From: Bacteroidota bacterium
Lineage (GTDB): Bacteria > Bacteroidota > Bacteroidia > AKYH767-A > 2013-40CM-41-45
NCBI GenBank assembly: GCA_046052345.1
Contig: JBJOMN010000010.1
Span: 67,841 to 131,840 of the forward strand
Reading direction: 5' to 3'
Length of the DNA stretch: 64,000 nt
Part shown: positions 50,019 to 59,409 of the stretch, piece by piece
Layout: each line of letters begins with the position of its first letter
How positions within the stretch are numbered: position 1 is the first letter of the stretch
The notes under the pieces: generated by a model
The model's input: the letters and a program-made list of their open reading frames with translations, nothing else
The model's database searches: none
Told to the model about the DNA's origin: nothing
Program-made: the position numbers and the translations under genes

Positions 50019-50843
50019 TTATTTGGAGAGCGGAATATAACCGATCTCCTCGACGGTTTTCTGGCCCTCCGGCGAAAGTACGTAATTGATAAATGGCTTT
50101 ACCTGAGCTTCCTTGCTGACCGGATAATAGAAGAACAAAGGGCGTACGATCGGATACGTCTTGTCCATGGCGGTCTGCTTGGAAGCTCCGATATAGGTCT
50201 TGCCTTTGTCGTAGGAGACCTTGAGGTCCTTAACATCATTGTTCACATAGGCCATCCCGACATAGCCGATGGCGCCTTTGGTCTGGCTGACCGACTGGAT
50301 GATGGCGCCGGTAGCCGGCATGTTAAGCACGGAGCTGGCATAGTTCTTCCTGTTCATGACGAACTCCTTGAAGAATTCGTAAGTGCCGGAGCTCGTTTCA
50401 CGGGCATAGGCCACGATCACCATGTCCGCACCTCCTACATCTTTCCAGTTCTTGACCTTACCGGTATAAATGGCTTCGATCTGCTCGCGTGTAAGCTGAC
50501 TCACCTTGTTGGCAGGATGCACGATGATCGACAGGGCATCATAACAGATGGTCACTTCCTTGACGGACTTGCCAGCATCCTGAAGCTTCAGCTTCTCGTC
50601 CATTTTCAGTTTTCGCGACGACATGGCGATGTCCGTGGTGCCGTCCATGAGGGCTGCGACGCCTACTCCGGAACCGCCGCCGACCACCGTGACCCGCTTG
50701 TTGGCATTCGCCTTCATGTACTTCTCCGCTTCCTTCTGCGCGAGCGGAAGCACGGTGTCACTTCCCTTCAGGACAACTTTCTGTGCAAGCGAAAGATTGA
50801 GGGAGATTGCCGCTATGGCGGCCAATGCAAATGATTTTTTCAT
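50019..50843 (-). CDS. pstS: Phosphate ABC transporter substrate-binding protein
   Basis: Signal peptide. PBP fold with GSDTVLPL, TVVGGGSGVG and the anion-binding SSRKLK region. Confidence 0.85.
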   Translation of the reverse strand: MKKSFALAAIAAISLNLSLAQKVVLKGSDTVLPLAQKEAEKYMKANANKRVTVVGGGSGVGVAALMDGTTDIAMSSRKLKMDEKLKLQDAGKSVKEVTICYDALSIIVHPANKVSQLTREQIEAIYTGKVKNWKDVGGADMVIVAYARETSSGTYEFFKEFVMNRKNYASSVLNMPATGAIIQSVSQTKGAIGYVGMAYVNNDVKDLKVSYDKGKTYIGASKQTAMDKTYPIVRPLFFYYPVSKEAQVKPFINYVLSPEGQKTVEEIGYIPLSK

Positions 50844-50879
50844 GGTTTATTTTATAGTAGCCTTTATATGGATCACTTA

Positions 50880-52280
50880 TCAGAAGCGTACCTGGATACG
50901 CAGGGTGAACTGGTTATCTTTGATATCACGGGTGTAATTACTCAGGTTCGAGGATGTTTCGTTGGTCACGAAATCATAATAGGCCATGATACGGGTGGTT
51001 GATTCCCAACGATAGACCAGCCCTACACCCAAAGTGCTGAATTTGATGTCTCCTGCGCCGGTTTTTGTCAGTCCGTCGCCAACGGTTTTTCCGATTTCAT
51101 CGCCGCTGACTTCCGTATTCGGGTCGAACCAGTCGTACTTGATGACGGTCTGCAAGGGAGTCTCCCGGATATTCTGAAGGAAGTAAAAGTAAGCACCGTT
51201 GAATTGGCGGGTATAGACGTCGGAGAGGCCTGTATAGGTCGAATTGAAACTGTTGCTGGAGGAAGAGGATCCGGGCTGGAAGCCTTGTATGTATTCCGCT
51301 CGGAAGGTGGTAAGACCGGGCCACCAGGTAAAGCTGAGCTGACCATCCATACCCAGGTATTCACGATGGGAATAACCGCGATCGACGATCGCCAGCGTCT
51401 TCTGATCATCCTTCAGCGTAACCTTCTTGTAACCCAGGACACCGGCTGAGTCCCTTGCAGTTTCAAACGCGTTCACGGTATCGATCCGCCATCCTCCACT
51501 GTAAAAGGATGTGCCGAGACCGTACTTAACGGTTTCTTCCTTGTTGGAATGGGCGAAACTGAACCTGCCGATGAAATCCTTTTTTGAGTCGGTCTCACTT
51601 ACATCTCCCAAGAGCTGGTAGACTCCGGAAGTATTACGAAGCGAGGTGACAGGGGGAGAAGAATTACCGTTGACCAGCATCAGATCCATTCGAAGTGTGT
51701 GCAACGGAGAGAACTTGTGCGGATTGATGGTCAGCATCGCGCCCAGGTCGCGTTCGTTCGGGAAAAGTATCTGTGACATCCGACCGCGCTCCGGGGTTTC
51801 ACGCACACCGGAGGATTGGGGCATTTCAAAACCGAATTGACGGTTCTGCATGCCCATAGTCAGCGAGAACCATCCGAGTTTACGCTCGCTGAGCTTGACA
51901 TACGCATCCATGAGCCGGACACCCCGCTCGGTGAAATCAAGCTGATACATCACTTCTCCCAGTGAAAGGCCACGGTCGTCCATCTGGGAATTGTACTGGA
52001 CGCGGAGTCGTCCGCGACGGATCATGAAGCGTGCCTTGTCGCCGGGTGCGAAATTGCCACCGTTGAAGGAACTCTGCCCGGCTGAGTCGGCCAGTTGGAA
52101 CTGCGCCTGCACATAGCCGTTGATCTTGATACGCTTCAAAAGATCCAACTCCTGGCGTATGCCGGCAACGTGGCTCGTTAGCGTATCGATCGGATTCATT
52201 TCCACATCCTGACCGAAAACAGGCGCGATGCCGGTCACGGTGAAGACCGCTAAAAATAGAAGTAACAGGTTTTTTTTCAT
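50880..52280 (-). CDS. Phosphate-selective porin O/P-like outer-membrane protein
   Basis: Signal peptide and a beta-barrel with a C-terminal aromatic residue (RIQVRF). It is the first gene of the pst operon. Confidence 0.65.
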   Translation of the reverse strand: MKKNLLLLFLAVFTVTGIAPVFGQDVEMNPIDTLTSHVAGIRQELDLLKRIKINGYVQAQFQLADSAGQSSFNGGNFAPGDKARFMIRRGRLRVQYNSQMDDRGLSLGEVMYQLDFTERGVRLMDAYVKLSERKLGWFSLTMGMQNRQFGFEMPQSSGVRETPERGRMSQILFPNERDLGAMLTINPHKFSPLHTLRMDLMLVNGNSSPPVTSLRNTSGVYQLLGDVSETDSKKDFIGRFSFAHSNKEETVKYGLGTSFYSGGWRIDTVNAFETARDSAGVLGYKKVTLKDDQKTLAIVDRGYSHREYLGMDGQLSFTWWPGLTTFRAEYIQGFQPGSSSSSNSFNSTYTGLSDVYTRQFNGAYFYFLQNIRETPLQTVIKYDWFDPNTEVSGDEIGKTVGDGLTKTGAGDIKFSTLGVGLVYRWESTTRIMAYYDFVTNETSSNLSNYTRDIKDNQFTLRIQVRF

Positions 52281-52292
52281 GCCTTTTGTGGG

Positions 52293-52325
52293 GTGAATGG
52301 TATGTTACAAAACAATCACCCCAAG
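52293..52325. promoter_or_regulatory. Conserved-looking hairpin (GGGGTGA...TCACCCC) in the porin/pst leader
   Basis: A 7-bp perfect stem with a 19-nt loop, 13 nt upstream of the porin start codon (minus strand). It has no T tract, so it is not a canonical terminator. Confidence 0.3.
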
Positions 52326-52399
52326 GTTAAGGCATCCCCTTCCCTATATTAAGCTAATGTTAAATGTGAACGGTAATTGACATGGTTGTTAACAATTTC

Positions 52400-55219
52400 T
52401 CAGAATTTATAGGAAACAGAGAGGGAAATGGTGGTGCCGGTGAGCGTGTTCGAAATACGAGAATCATTCCCGGCATCGTATTTTCCGTTTCCGTTCACGT
52501 CCTGATAAAAGACTGCAGGCCGATTAAGCAGGTCATTGACGCCCAATTTGACCTCTCCCTTGTCGAAAATCCGTTTGCTGACCTGCACATCAAATATGCT
52601 TCTGGGAGCTTCAAGGATGCTGAGGTAGCCCTGATTGCCGACCTGGAAGATACGGTCACCGATCCTGTTGAATACGATATTGCATCCCACACCGCTCTTA
52701 GGATTCAGATACTGGAAGCCCGCATTCAAAACATACGGGGATTGACCTTGCATAGGCCTTTCGCCCAAGGACCTGGCATCGTTGGATACATCCACACGCG
52801 ACTTCATCAGGGACAAGTTTCCGTATACCGAGAAGTTTTCCAGCTGATTCCAAGTTATCCATCGGTCAAGGAAGTCCAGTTTCTTGCGCCATTCTGTCTC
52901 GATTCCGTAAACGGTGCCTCTTTCAGCATTCTGGAAGCTGATCCTCCTCGATCCTGCACCTGAGCTTTCAACGACAGGTTCGATAGGGTCGTTGAAGTCC
53001 TTGAAGAAGACCGATGCTGATAGCATTTCGCCGGCGGCTGGAAAGGTCTCCCAACGAAGATCAATGTTCGTGATCTGTGAACGCCGAATATTGGAATTTC
53101 CTGCTACCGAAGTGGCGGTTACGAAATCATAGAAGGCGAAAGGAGCCAGTTCCCGGAATTCGGGGCGAGCCACGGTTCTTGATGCGGCGAAGCGAAGATT
53201 CGTATGTTCGCCAGCGGCATAGGTGTAATTCAAGGAAGGCAGGACATCCGTCACATTGGTGTTCACGTCGATTTTCTCATTGCTATAACCGTAAGAGCGT
53301 AACTCCTGGATGAAATTCTCTACTCGAAGCCCCCAGACTATCCTTGATTTTTCAGCTATGCGGTTGTCCGAAAGGATATAGCCGGCGTGGAGAAATGAAG
53401 AGGCGGTATAGTGGTCGGAGGGATTGGTGATCTCATCGATCCGGAATCCGTCCGTCCCCATATGCTCCGGAGTAAAAAGGTTTTCCACAGGTAACTGAAG
53501 ATAGGACCAGTTGAAACGGGAGGCATTGGTGACTACGTAGCCCAATACCCTTGCGTCAAAGGTCCTTTCCTTTTGCTGCTCGAAGATGCCGGTTTTGATA
53601 CTGTGGTTACTGCCGGATTTTCCGAGCGGAATGGTAACAGAGGTCTCTCCGAAACGGTTTCCTTCCTCGAGCGTGGAGTAGAATTTGCCCGAATAGTTCG
53701 GAGATGCCGTTCCGAACGGCACATAGGCGTAGTAGTTGGTGTCTTCGGCGCCGGTGTTGGCGTCACGGTAGTACAGGCTGCGACGAAGATCCGGGGTAGA
53801 TTGCTGAATTCTGCTGTAACCAAGATTCCAGTTGACGCGCAGTCCCTTTTCGTTGAGGGCATGTTCACCGTTTAAAACCGAATTAAGGAAGGAATTGGAG
53901 GCGAACCACAACGCCTTGGCATCGATCTCCTGTGCGTTCTCGAGGTCGAAACCATGCCGATGGATCACCTGGTCGTTCGAATTCACGCTGTAGAGATTAC
54001 GGAAAGATATCTTCGAACGGTCACCGATCTTATAGGATGCATTGAAAAGAGCTCCCCAGAAGATGTTGTCGCGGTATTGCCGGTCGGAATATTCGAAGTT
54101 CTGTTGACCGTCGAAATCGAAGTCAGCCCGCTCGGTCTCTGAAGTCCTTTGGGAATTGGAGTAGGTGAGGGCGCCGATAAATCCGAAACGGTCCTTCCCA
54201 AGCTCCTTGGAATTACCGAAACTGAACTGGTAGTTCTGTGCCATCGGCTGAGATACTGCTTCTTCCGTTTTCCAGTCGTTCGGAAGGATTTTCGACTGAT
54301 TGATTTTCTCGGCAGTGGACGCCGATTTGAGGGACTCGCTGTCCATGAATCCCTCGGGAAGTGAGCGCGTACCGTCATCAATGCCCAACCAATCCTTCTT
54401 TCCTCCTTCGTATTTTTCGTAATTCTTGAACGTGGATATCGAATTGACCGATGTACCCGCACTGAAACTCATAAACCGCTGGTCAGGAATGTCCCGTGTA
54501 TTGACTTGTAACAATCCTCCCGCGAATTCACCCGGAAGGTCCGGTGTCGCCGTCTTGACGACTATAAGGTTATCCAACAAGTTGGCTGGAAACAAGTCGA
54601 AGGAAAAGGCCTTTCGGTCGGGCTCCGTGGATGCCAGCGGAACTCCGTTCAGCATGGCTGAATTGTAACGGTCATTCAGACCGCGGATGATGACGAACTT
54701 GCCTTCCTGTACGCTGGCACCGCTCACCCGGCGTACCACTTCACTCGTGCTTCTGTCGGGCGTGCGCTTGATGCTTTCGGCGGAAATACCATCCTGTACT
54801 GTAGCGCTTTTTTGCTGCAGTACCATCAATGCACCGATATTCTCCCTCTTCAACTCGGCGACAATCGTCACTTCGTTCAGTTCCTGACTGCCGGATTCCA
54901 TGGCTACCTCCAGGTTGGTGACTTCACCGGGACGCACCGTTACTTCCCGTATCACTTTTGACTGATAGCCGACGTAACGGATGCTGACCGAATGACTGCC
55001 TGCCGGAATTCCCGGCAGCATAAAGTTTCCGTCAAGGTCGGTTACAGCGCCGATGGTCGTACCTTCTATCATCACCGGTACACCGATGAGCGTTTCTCCG
55101 TTTCCCTTGTCGACTATTCTTCCGGAAAGCTTTCCCGTCTGGGTGTTCCCTTCATCGGCGACAGCCTGGGAAATGGTCAGCATCAGACTGACAATCATGG
55201 TGCGAAATCGTATGTTCAT
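52400..55219 (-). CDS. TonB-dependent receptor with an N-terminal carboxypeptidase-regulatory-like domain
   Basis: Signal peptide, a CarbopepD_reg-like domain (LSGRIVDKGNGETLIGVPV), a plug (VIIRGLNDRYNSAMLNGVPL) and a C-terminal barrel ending SYKF. There is no SusD partner. Confidence 0.85.
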   Translation of the reverse strand: MNIRFRTMIVSLMLTISQAVADEGNTQTGKLSGRIVDKGNGETLIGVPVMIEGTTIGAVTDLDGNFMLPGIPAGSHSVSIRYVGYQSKVIREVTVRPGEVTNLEVAMESGSQELNEVTIVAELKRENIGALMVLQQKSATVQDGISAESIKRTPDRSTSEVVRRVSGASVQEGKFVIIRGLNDRYNSAMLNGVPLASTEPDRKAFSFDLFPANLLDNLIVVKTATPDLPGEFAGGLLQVNTRDIPDQRFMSFSAGTSVNSISTFKNYEKYEGGKKDWLGIDDGTRSLPEGFMDSESLKSASTAEKINQSKILPNDWKTEEAVSQPMAQNYQFSFGNSKELGKDRFGFIGALTYSNSQRTSETERADFDFDGQQNFEYSDRQYRDNIFWGALFNASYKIGDRSKISFRNLYSVNSNDQVIHRHGFDLENAQEIDAKALWFASNSFLNSVLNGEHALNEKGLRVNWNLGYSRIQQSTPDLRRSLYYRDANTGAEDTNYYAYVPFGTASPNYSGKFYSTLEEGNRFGETSVTIPLGKSGSNHSIKTGIFEQQKERTFDARVLGYVVTNASRFNWSYLQLPVENLFTPEHMGTDGFRIDEITNPSDHYTASSFLHAGYILSDNRIAEKSRIVWGLRVENFIQELRSYGYSNEKIDVNTNVTDVLPSLNYTYAAGEHTNLRFAASRTVARPEFRELAPFAFYDFVTATSVAGNSNIRRSQITNIDLRWETFPAAGEMLSASVFFKDFNDPIEPVVESSGAGSRRISFQNAERGTVYGIETEWRKKLDFLDRWITWNQLENFSVYGNLSLMKSRVDVSNDARSLGERPMQGQSPYVLNAGFQYLNPKSGVGCNIVFNRIGDRIFQVGNQGYLSILEAPRSIFDVQVSKRIFDKGEVKLGVNDLLNRPAVFYQDVNGNGKYDAGNDSRISNTLTGTTISLSVSYKF

Positions 55220-55301
55220 GCGTGTGCGTTTAATTCAATGTCAAAGTATAATCGCTATGTAAATAGACGCTTATCGGCATGTTACCTTTTGGTTAACACC
55301 G

Positions 55302-55334
55302 AAAAAAAAGAGGAGCATTTGTGATATGCTCCTC
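55302..55334 (-). terminator. Rho-independent terminator of the T9SS-protein gene (minus strand)
   Basis: On the minus strand, a 9-bp stem GAGGAGCAT/ATGCTCCTC with a 7-nt loop is followed by U8 (the plus-strand A8 at 55302-55309). Confidence 0.7.
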
Positions 55335-55391
55335 CAATGTGAACGATATGTAAAATGGTCCTGCCGGATAGTAATTCCGGTCCGTAAGGGG

Positions 55392-56987
55392 TCACTTCAA
55401 TAACTTAACTGTTTTAATTCCCTCCTCAGAGGAAATGACCAGATGATACGCTCCGGCTGGTAACAGTGAAACTGATGAGAGTGAAATGTGATGCTTGCCG
55501 GGAGCCAAATCGTATGTTCCGAGGTCGGCCACCATCCTGCCTTGCACATCGTAAAGGCGGATCTGACCGGTGAAGCGTTCCGTGAAAGCGGCTTCCAGCA
55601 CAGATTCATTGTTGACCGGGTTCGGGTAGATGTTGGCGGCGCTCAGGATCATCAGTTCACGGATACCGACAGAGTAGGAGGAGTTCTGGCAATCGTAGTT
55701 CGCCCAACCCGCTGTCCAATCGGAGTTTCCGAAGGCGCCTTTGTAGGTGACGACATCAAAGAACGGGTCTTGCAGGTTCTGGGCGCTGAAATCCGCACCG
55801 GAAAGAAGCGGGGAACCCGACTGAGGTATGAAGTTGGGAGCGGAGTAATTGTACGGTGCGGTAAGCTGAAGGTCCGTCGGTGCCGCCAGCAGCGAATTTC
55901 CGTAAGCGCTCGTTCCGTACCACGTCGAGATATCGAAGGTGCTGCCGGAAGCTACCGCGAGGGGTGTGGTGCAACCTGCCCAGACGGAATTCCTCACTTG
56001 TAATTCATCAGCAGTTGCATTCGCTTCGCAATTCGCCCCGTCCACTAACAGTCCGGTTGGATAACCGGCAACGGCGGAATTATAGATGCAGGACTTTGAA
56101 CTGCGACGTATGTGAGCTCCCCGTTTATAGTTACTGTTATAGGTATTCCCTCCGCCTGTGATCGGTCCGATGAGGGTGACATTCGAGTACTTGGCATTGG
56201 TGAACGGCGTATTCAGTGTGCCGCTGGCATCGTTATCCGATTCGAAACCGTTGGAACCGGAAATATCGGCTACTGCGGAATCGCGTAACCCTACCAGGAA
56301 TTGCATCCGACCGTTGAATCCGTAGTCGGTATCGAAGTCGTCATCCAGGCCGCGGTAGGCGATCAGGTGCTTCGCATTCACCGTGCCTCCGAAGCATTCG
56401 TAGGAATCATCGCCCGAATAGCTCACCATGACATAATCTATGAGAGTGCTGTTTCCGACACTTCCCAGTGTCAGGCCGTTGATCTCATTATTGGGCATGA
56501 AGGCGATACCGGGAAATTCAATGCGGACATACCGCAAGATGCCCGAATTATCACCCGGAAGAGTGCCGCCGTAAAGTCCTTTTACCGGATCAAGTCCGCC
56601 TTCGATAAGCTTCTCTCCGGCCGGATCGTTCAACGGAGCCCTTCCGAGAATGATTAATCCGCCCCAGTCACCATAGGTGCGCGACCCGGCAGGCTCGTTG
56701 GAAGTGAAAACTATTGGTTGGGAAGCCGTTCCGTCAGCCAGGATCTTTGAGCCGCGTGTGATGATAAGAGTTCCCTTCGAGGCCTTGTCACCCTTGATCA
56801 CCGTACCCGGTGAGATGGTGAGCTCGGCATTGTTGGTCACATAGACAAAACCGCTCAGAAGATAAATGTTATTGCTGGTCCACGTTGTGTTGGACGTAAT
56901 GTCGCCGGAAACCGTCACGACATTCTGCGAGGATGCGCTCATGGTGCACCACAGCAGTACAGAAAAGGCAAGTAGGGGATTTTTCAT
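55392..56987 (-). CDS. Secreted T9SS C-terminal sorting domain protein, hypothetical (possibly beta-helix fold)
   Basis: Signal peptide. A Gly/Asn/Thr-rich repetitive beta body. A C-terminal NIYPNPVNNESVLEA...GIKTVKLLK sorting domain. Confidence 0.6.
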   Translation of the reverse strand: MKNPLLAFSVLLWCTMSASSQNVVTVSGDITSNTTWTSNNIYLLSGFVYVTNNAELTISPGTVIKGDKASKGTLIITRGSKILADGTASQPIVFTSNEPAGSRTYGDWGGLIILGRAPLNDPAGEKLIEGGLDPVKGLYGGTLPGDNSGILRYVRIEFPGIAFMPNNEINGLTLGSVGNSTLIDYVMVSYSGDDSYECFGGTVNAKHLIAYRGLDDDFDTDYGFNGRMQFLVGLRDSAVADISGSNGFESDNDASGTLNTPFTNAKYSNVTLIGPITGGGNTYNSNYKRGAHIRRSSKSCIYNSAVAGYPTGLLVDGANCEANATADELQVRNSVWAGCTTPLAVASGSTFDISTWYGTSAYGNSLLAAPTDLQLTAPYNYSAPNFIPQSGSPLLSGADFSAQNLQDPFFDVVTYKGAFGNSDWTAGWANYDCQNSSYSVGIRELMILSAANIYPNPVNNESVLEAAFTERFTGQIRLYDVQGRMVADLGTYDLAPGKHHISLSSVSLLPAGAYHLVISSEEGIKTVKLLK

Positions 56988-57099
56988 GGGTCAGGATTTA
57001 GATTTGACCCGAAAATATCCCTGCCTCGTTACCCGAATGTTAATGAGGTATCAAGAATGAATTAGGAAAAAGTGAACGTATTGTAAACAATCGGTTGCT

Positions 57100-57768
57100 T
57101 CACAACACCAAACGGTAACCGATACCCTTCTGGGTCTGGATGATGCCGTCGGTGATTTTCTTTCTTATGCGAAGCACATGGACATCAATGGTCCGGTCCT
57201 TTTCATCGCCTTCACGCTTCCAGACTTTTTCAAAGATCTCATCCCTTGAAAACACCTTGGCAGGCTGACTGGCAAGCAAGTATAATAATTCGAATTCCTT
57301 GCGTGAGAGCTGAATGAGCTGCTGATTGAAATGGACCGTATAGCCGTCACGGTCGATATGCAGCTTGTTGGAATTACGTTCTGACAGCAATGATATGCTG
57401 CTGCCGCCTATGCCCATACGCTTCGAAAGTCGCGTTAAAAAGGCGTTTTTTCTGAGTGGCTTTGAAACATAATCGTCTGCACCGGCCTTGAAGGAGGAAA
57501 TTTCTGATTCAGCCTCCTGCGAAGAGGAAATCATGACCGTCGTCAAAGGACCATTTCCGAATTCGCTTTTAATCAGAAAACAAAGCTCAAGGGCAGCCAC
57601 CTCCTGCCGGTCACTGTCGATGACCACGGCGTCCGGGCGAATCCTTCGTATATCCGAAAGAGCGGAAGCAAGATGGGTGCAAAGGAAGAAGTCAAAACCG
57701 TTCGATGAAGCAACAGAGATCAGCTGCTCCGGAATGGAATGGTCGGAAACATACAGGACTCTTCTCAT
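57100..57768 (-). CDS. OmpR/PhoB-family response regulator with an atypical receiver domain
   Basis: The C-terminal winged-helix trans_reg_C (LSRKEFELLYLLASQPAKVFSRDEIFEKVW...GIGYRL). The receiver keeps Asp (AVVIDSD), Thr and Lys, but lacks the N-terminal acidic pair (it has VSDHS). The start is refined to MRRVLYV (cat at 57766-57768). Confidence 0.6.
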   Translation of the reverse strand: MRRVLYVSDHSIPEQLISVASSNGFDFFLCTHLASALSDIRRIRPDAVVIDSDRQEVAALELCFLIKSEFGNGPLTTVMISSSQEAESEISSFKAGADDYVSKPLRKNAFLTRLSKRMGIGGSSISLLSERNSNKLHIDRDGYTVHFNQQLIQLSRKEFELLYLLASQPAKVFSRDEIFEKVWKREGDEKDRTIDVHVLRIRKKITDGIIQTQKGIGYRLVL

Positions 57769-58154
57769 TGGTGGCTTTCGCTGGCCTGCAGGATCTCCCT
57801 CACCAATCCTAATATGACGCTCGGTCGGATCGGCTTGGTGATATAATGCTCGCCACCGGCTTCGGCGGCCTGCATCGTGGTGTATTCGTCGGAGTCCGCA
57901 GTGAGGAAGAGTATCGGGATGGCTCTCAAGGTCTCGTTTTGTTTGAGGTCTCGGCACACCTCTATGCCGCTGCGACCGTGCATCCGGATGTCCAGGATGA
58001 TAAGATCAGGCAGAACCTCATATGCCTTCTTCAGACATTCATTTCCGTCAAAGGCGCAATGTACTTCGTAGTCCTCCTTGCTCAGATTGTACGAAAGTAT
58101 TTCGACGATGTCCGGTTCATCATCCACCACTAATATCTTAGGTCGCTCGTTCAT
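57765..58154 (-). CDS. Stand-alone CheY-like receiver domain protein
   Basis: Canonical REC: KILVVDDEPDI, LIILDIRMHGRSG, LTADSD and the KP motif. The start is refined to MNERPK (cat at 58152-58154). There is a 4-nt overlap with the downstream regulator. Confidence 0.7.
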   Translation of the reverse strand: MNERPKILVVDDEPDIVEILSYNLSKEDYEVHCAFDGNECLKKAYEVLPDLIILDIRMHGRSGIEVCRDLKQNETLRAIPILFLTADSDEYTTMQAAEAGGEHYITKPIRPSVILGLVREILQASESHQ

Positions 58155-58260
58155 AGGCACGAATATCATCCAGGCATGTAAAGAGATGATTACAACCATG
58201 TGAATTAATTGTTAAAAGCCGCTCTGCCGGAAGTGAAGGATTGGCCAATAGAGCGTAAAT

Positions 58261-59328
58261 TTGAAGCCCGTGGCGAAAAAACGTACCAAAAAAGAACAGC
58301 GCATCCTGAAGAGGATGTGGACGGCCGTCGGGGTCCTGTTGCTTGTCGTGGCCGCTTTCGGTTTTTTCATCCTGAAGCGGCTGTATACCCCCAACGTACT
58401 CATCAAAGACGATGGCTATGTGTTCGTGCCCACCGGGTCATCCTTTAATGATGTGGTGAGGATCCTCAAAGCGGAACAGGTGCTCAAGGACGAGGAGACC
58501 TTCCGATGGACGGCCATGCGCATGAACTACACCGGTCAGATCAAGCCCGGACGCTACAGGCTGAAATCCGGTATGGGAAACCGGGAGCTGGTATTATTAC
58601 TTCGAAGCGGCAAACAGGCTCCTGTACGGCTGACCTTGAATAATATCCGTACCCGGGAACAACTCGCAGAAAGGGCCGCTGCTCAGCTGGAACTCAAGGC
58701 TTCTTCGCTGCTGAAACTGATGAACGACCGTGATTATCTGGCCGTGAAAGGTTTTTCCCCGGATAACGTCCTTGCGATGTTCCTTCCGGACACCTACGAA
58801 CTCTACTGGAACACGTCTCCCGATCAGTTCATCACCCGCATGAAACGCGAGTACGACAAATTCTGGAACCAACGCCGCCTGAAAGCGGCCTCCGATGCCG
58901 GTCTGAATCCAGTCCAGATCTCCGTCATCGCTTCCATCGTTCAACAGGAAACAAACAAAGAGGACGAAAAGCCGGTCATCGCCGGCGTTTACATCAACCG
59001 ATACCGGAAAGACTGGAAACTTGAAGCGGATCCGACGTTGGTCTATGCCAACGGCGACTTCTCCATCAACCGCGTACTGAATATCCATAAGTCCGTCGAT
59101 TCTCCCTATAACACCTATGTTTACAAGGGGCTTCCGCCGGGTCCTATCTGTCTGCCTACGCAGCAGTCCATCGATGCCGTCCTTCGGTTCCGGAAACACG
59201 ATTACATGTATTTCTGCGCCCGTGATGACTTCAGCGGATATCATTCGTTCGCCAGGACCTATTCCCAACACCTTGAAAACGCTCGCAGGTTCCAGCGTGC
59301 AATGGATCGCAGAGGGATCATGCAGTAA
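58261..59328 (+). CDS. mltG: Endolytic murein transglycosylase MltG (YceG-like)
   Basis: An N-terminal TM anchor plus the YceG domain (LASIVQQET...KPVIAGVYINR...DPTLVYA...Y). Confidence 0.8.
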   Translation: MKPVAKKRTKKEQRILKRMWTAVGVLLLVVAAFGFFILKRLYTPNVLIKDDGYVFVPTGSSFNDVVRILKAEQVLKDEETFRWTAMRMNYTGQIKPGRYRLKSGMGNRELVLLLRSGKQAPVRLTLNNIRTREQLAERAAAQLELKASSLLKLMNDRDYLAVKGFSPDNVLAMFLPDTYELYWNTSPDQFITRMKREYDKFWNQRRLKAASDAGLNPVQISVIASIVQQETNKEDEKPVIAGVYINRYRKDWKLEADPTLVYANGDFSINRVLNIHKSVDSPYNTYVYKGLPPGPICLPTQQSIDAVLRFRKHDYMYFCARDDFSGYHSFARTYSQHLENARRFQRAMDRRGIMQ

Positions 59329-59409
59329 GACGTTTGCTTGAGGATTCCGCTTTTTTTGACTATTTTCGAATCCTTTTCAAAAAATCCCCTTCGGGAAATC
59401 ATTCGTCCC

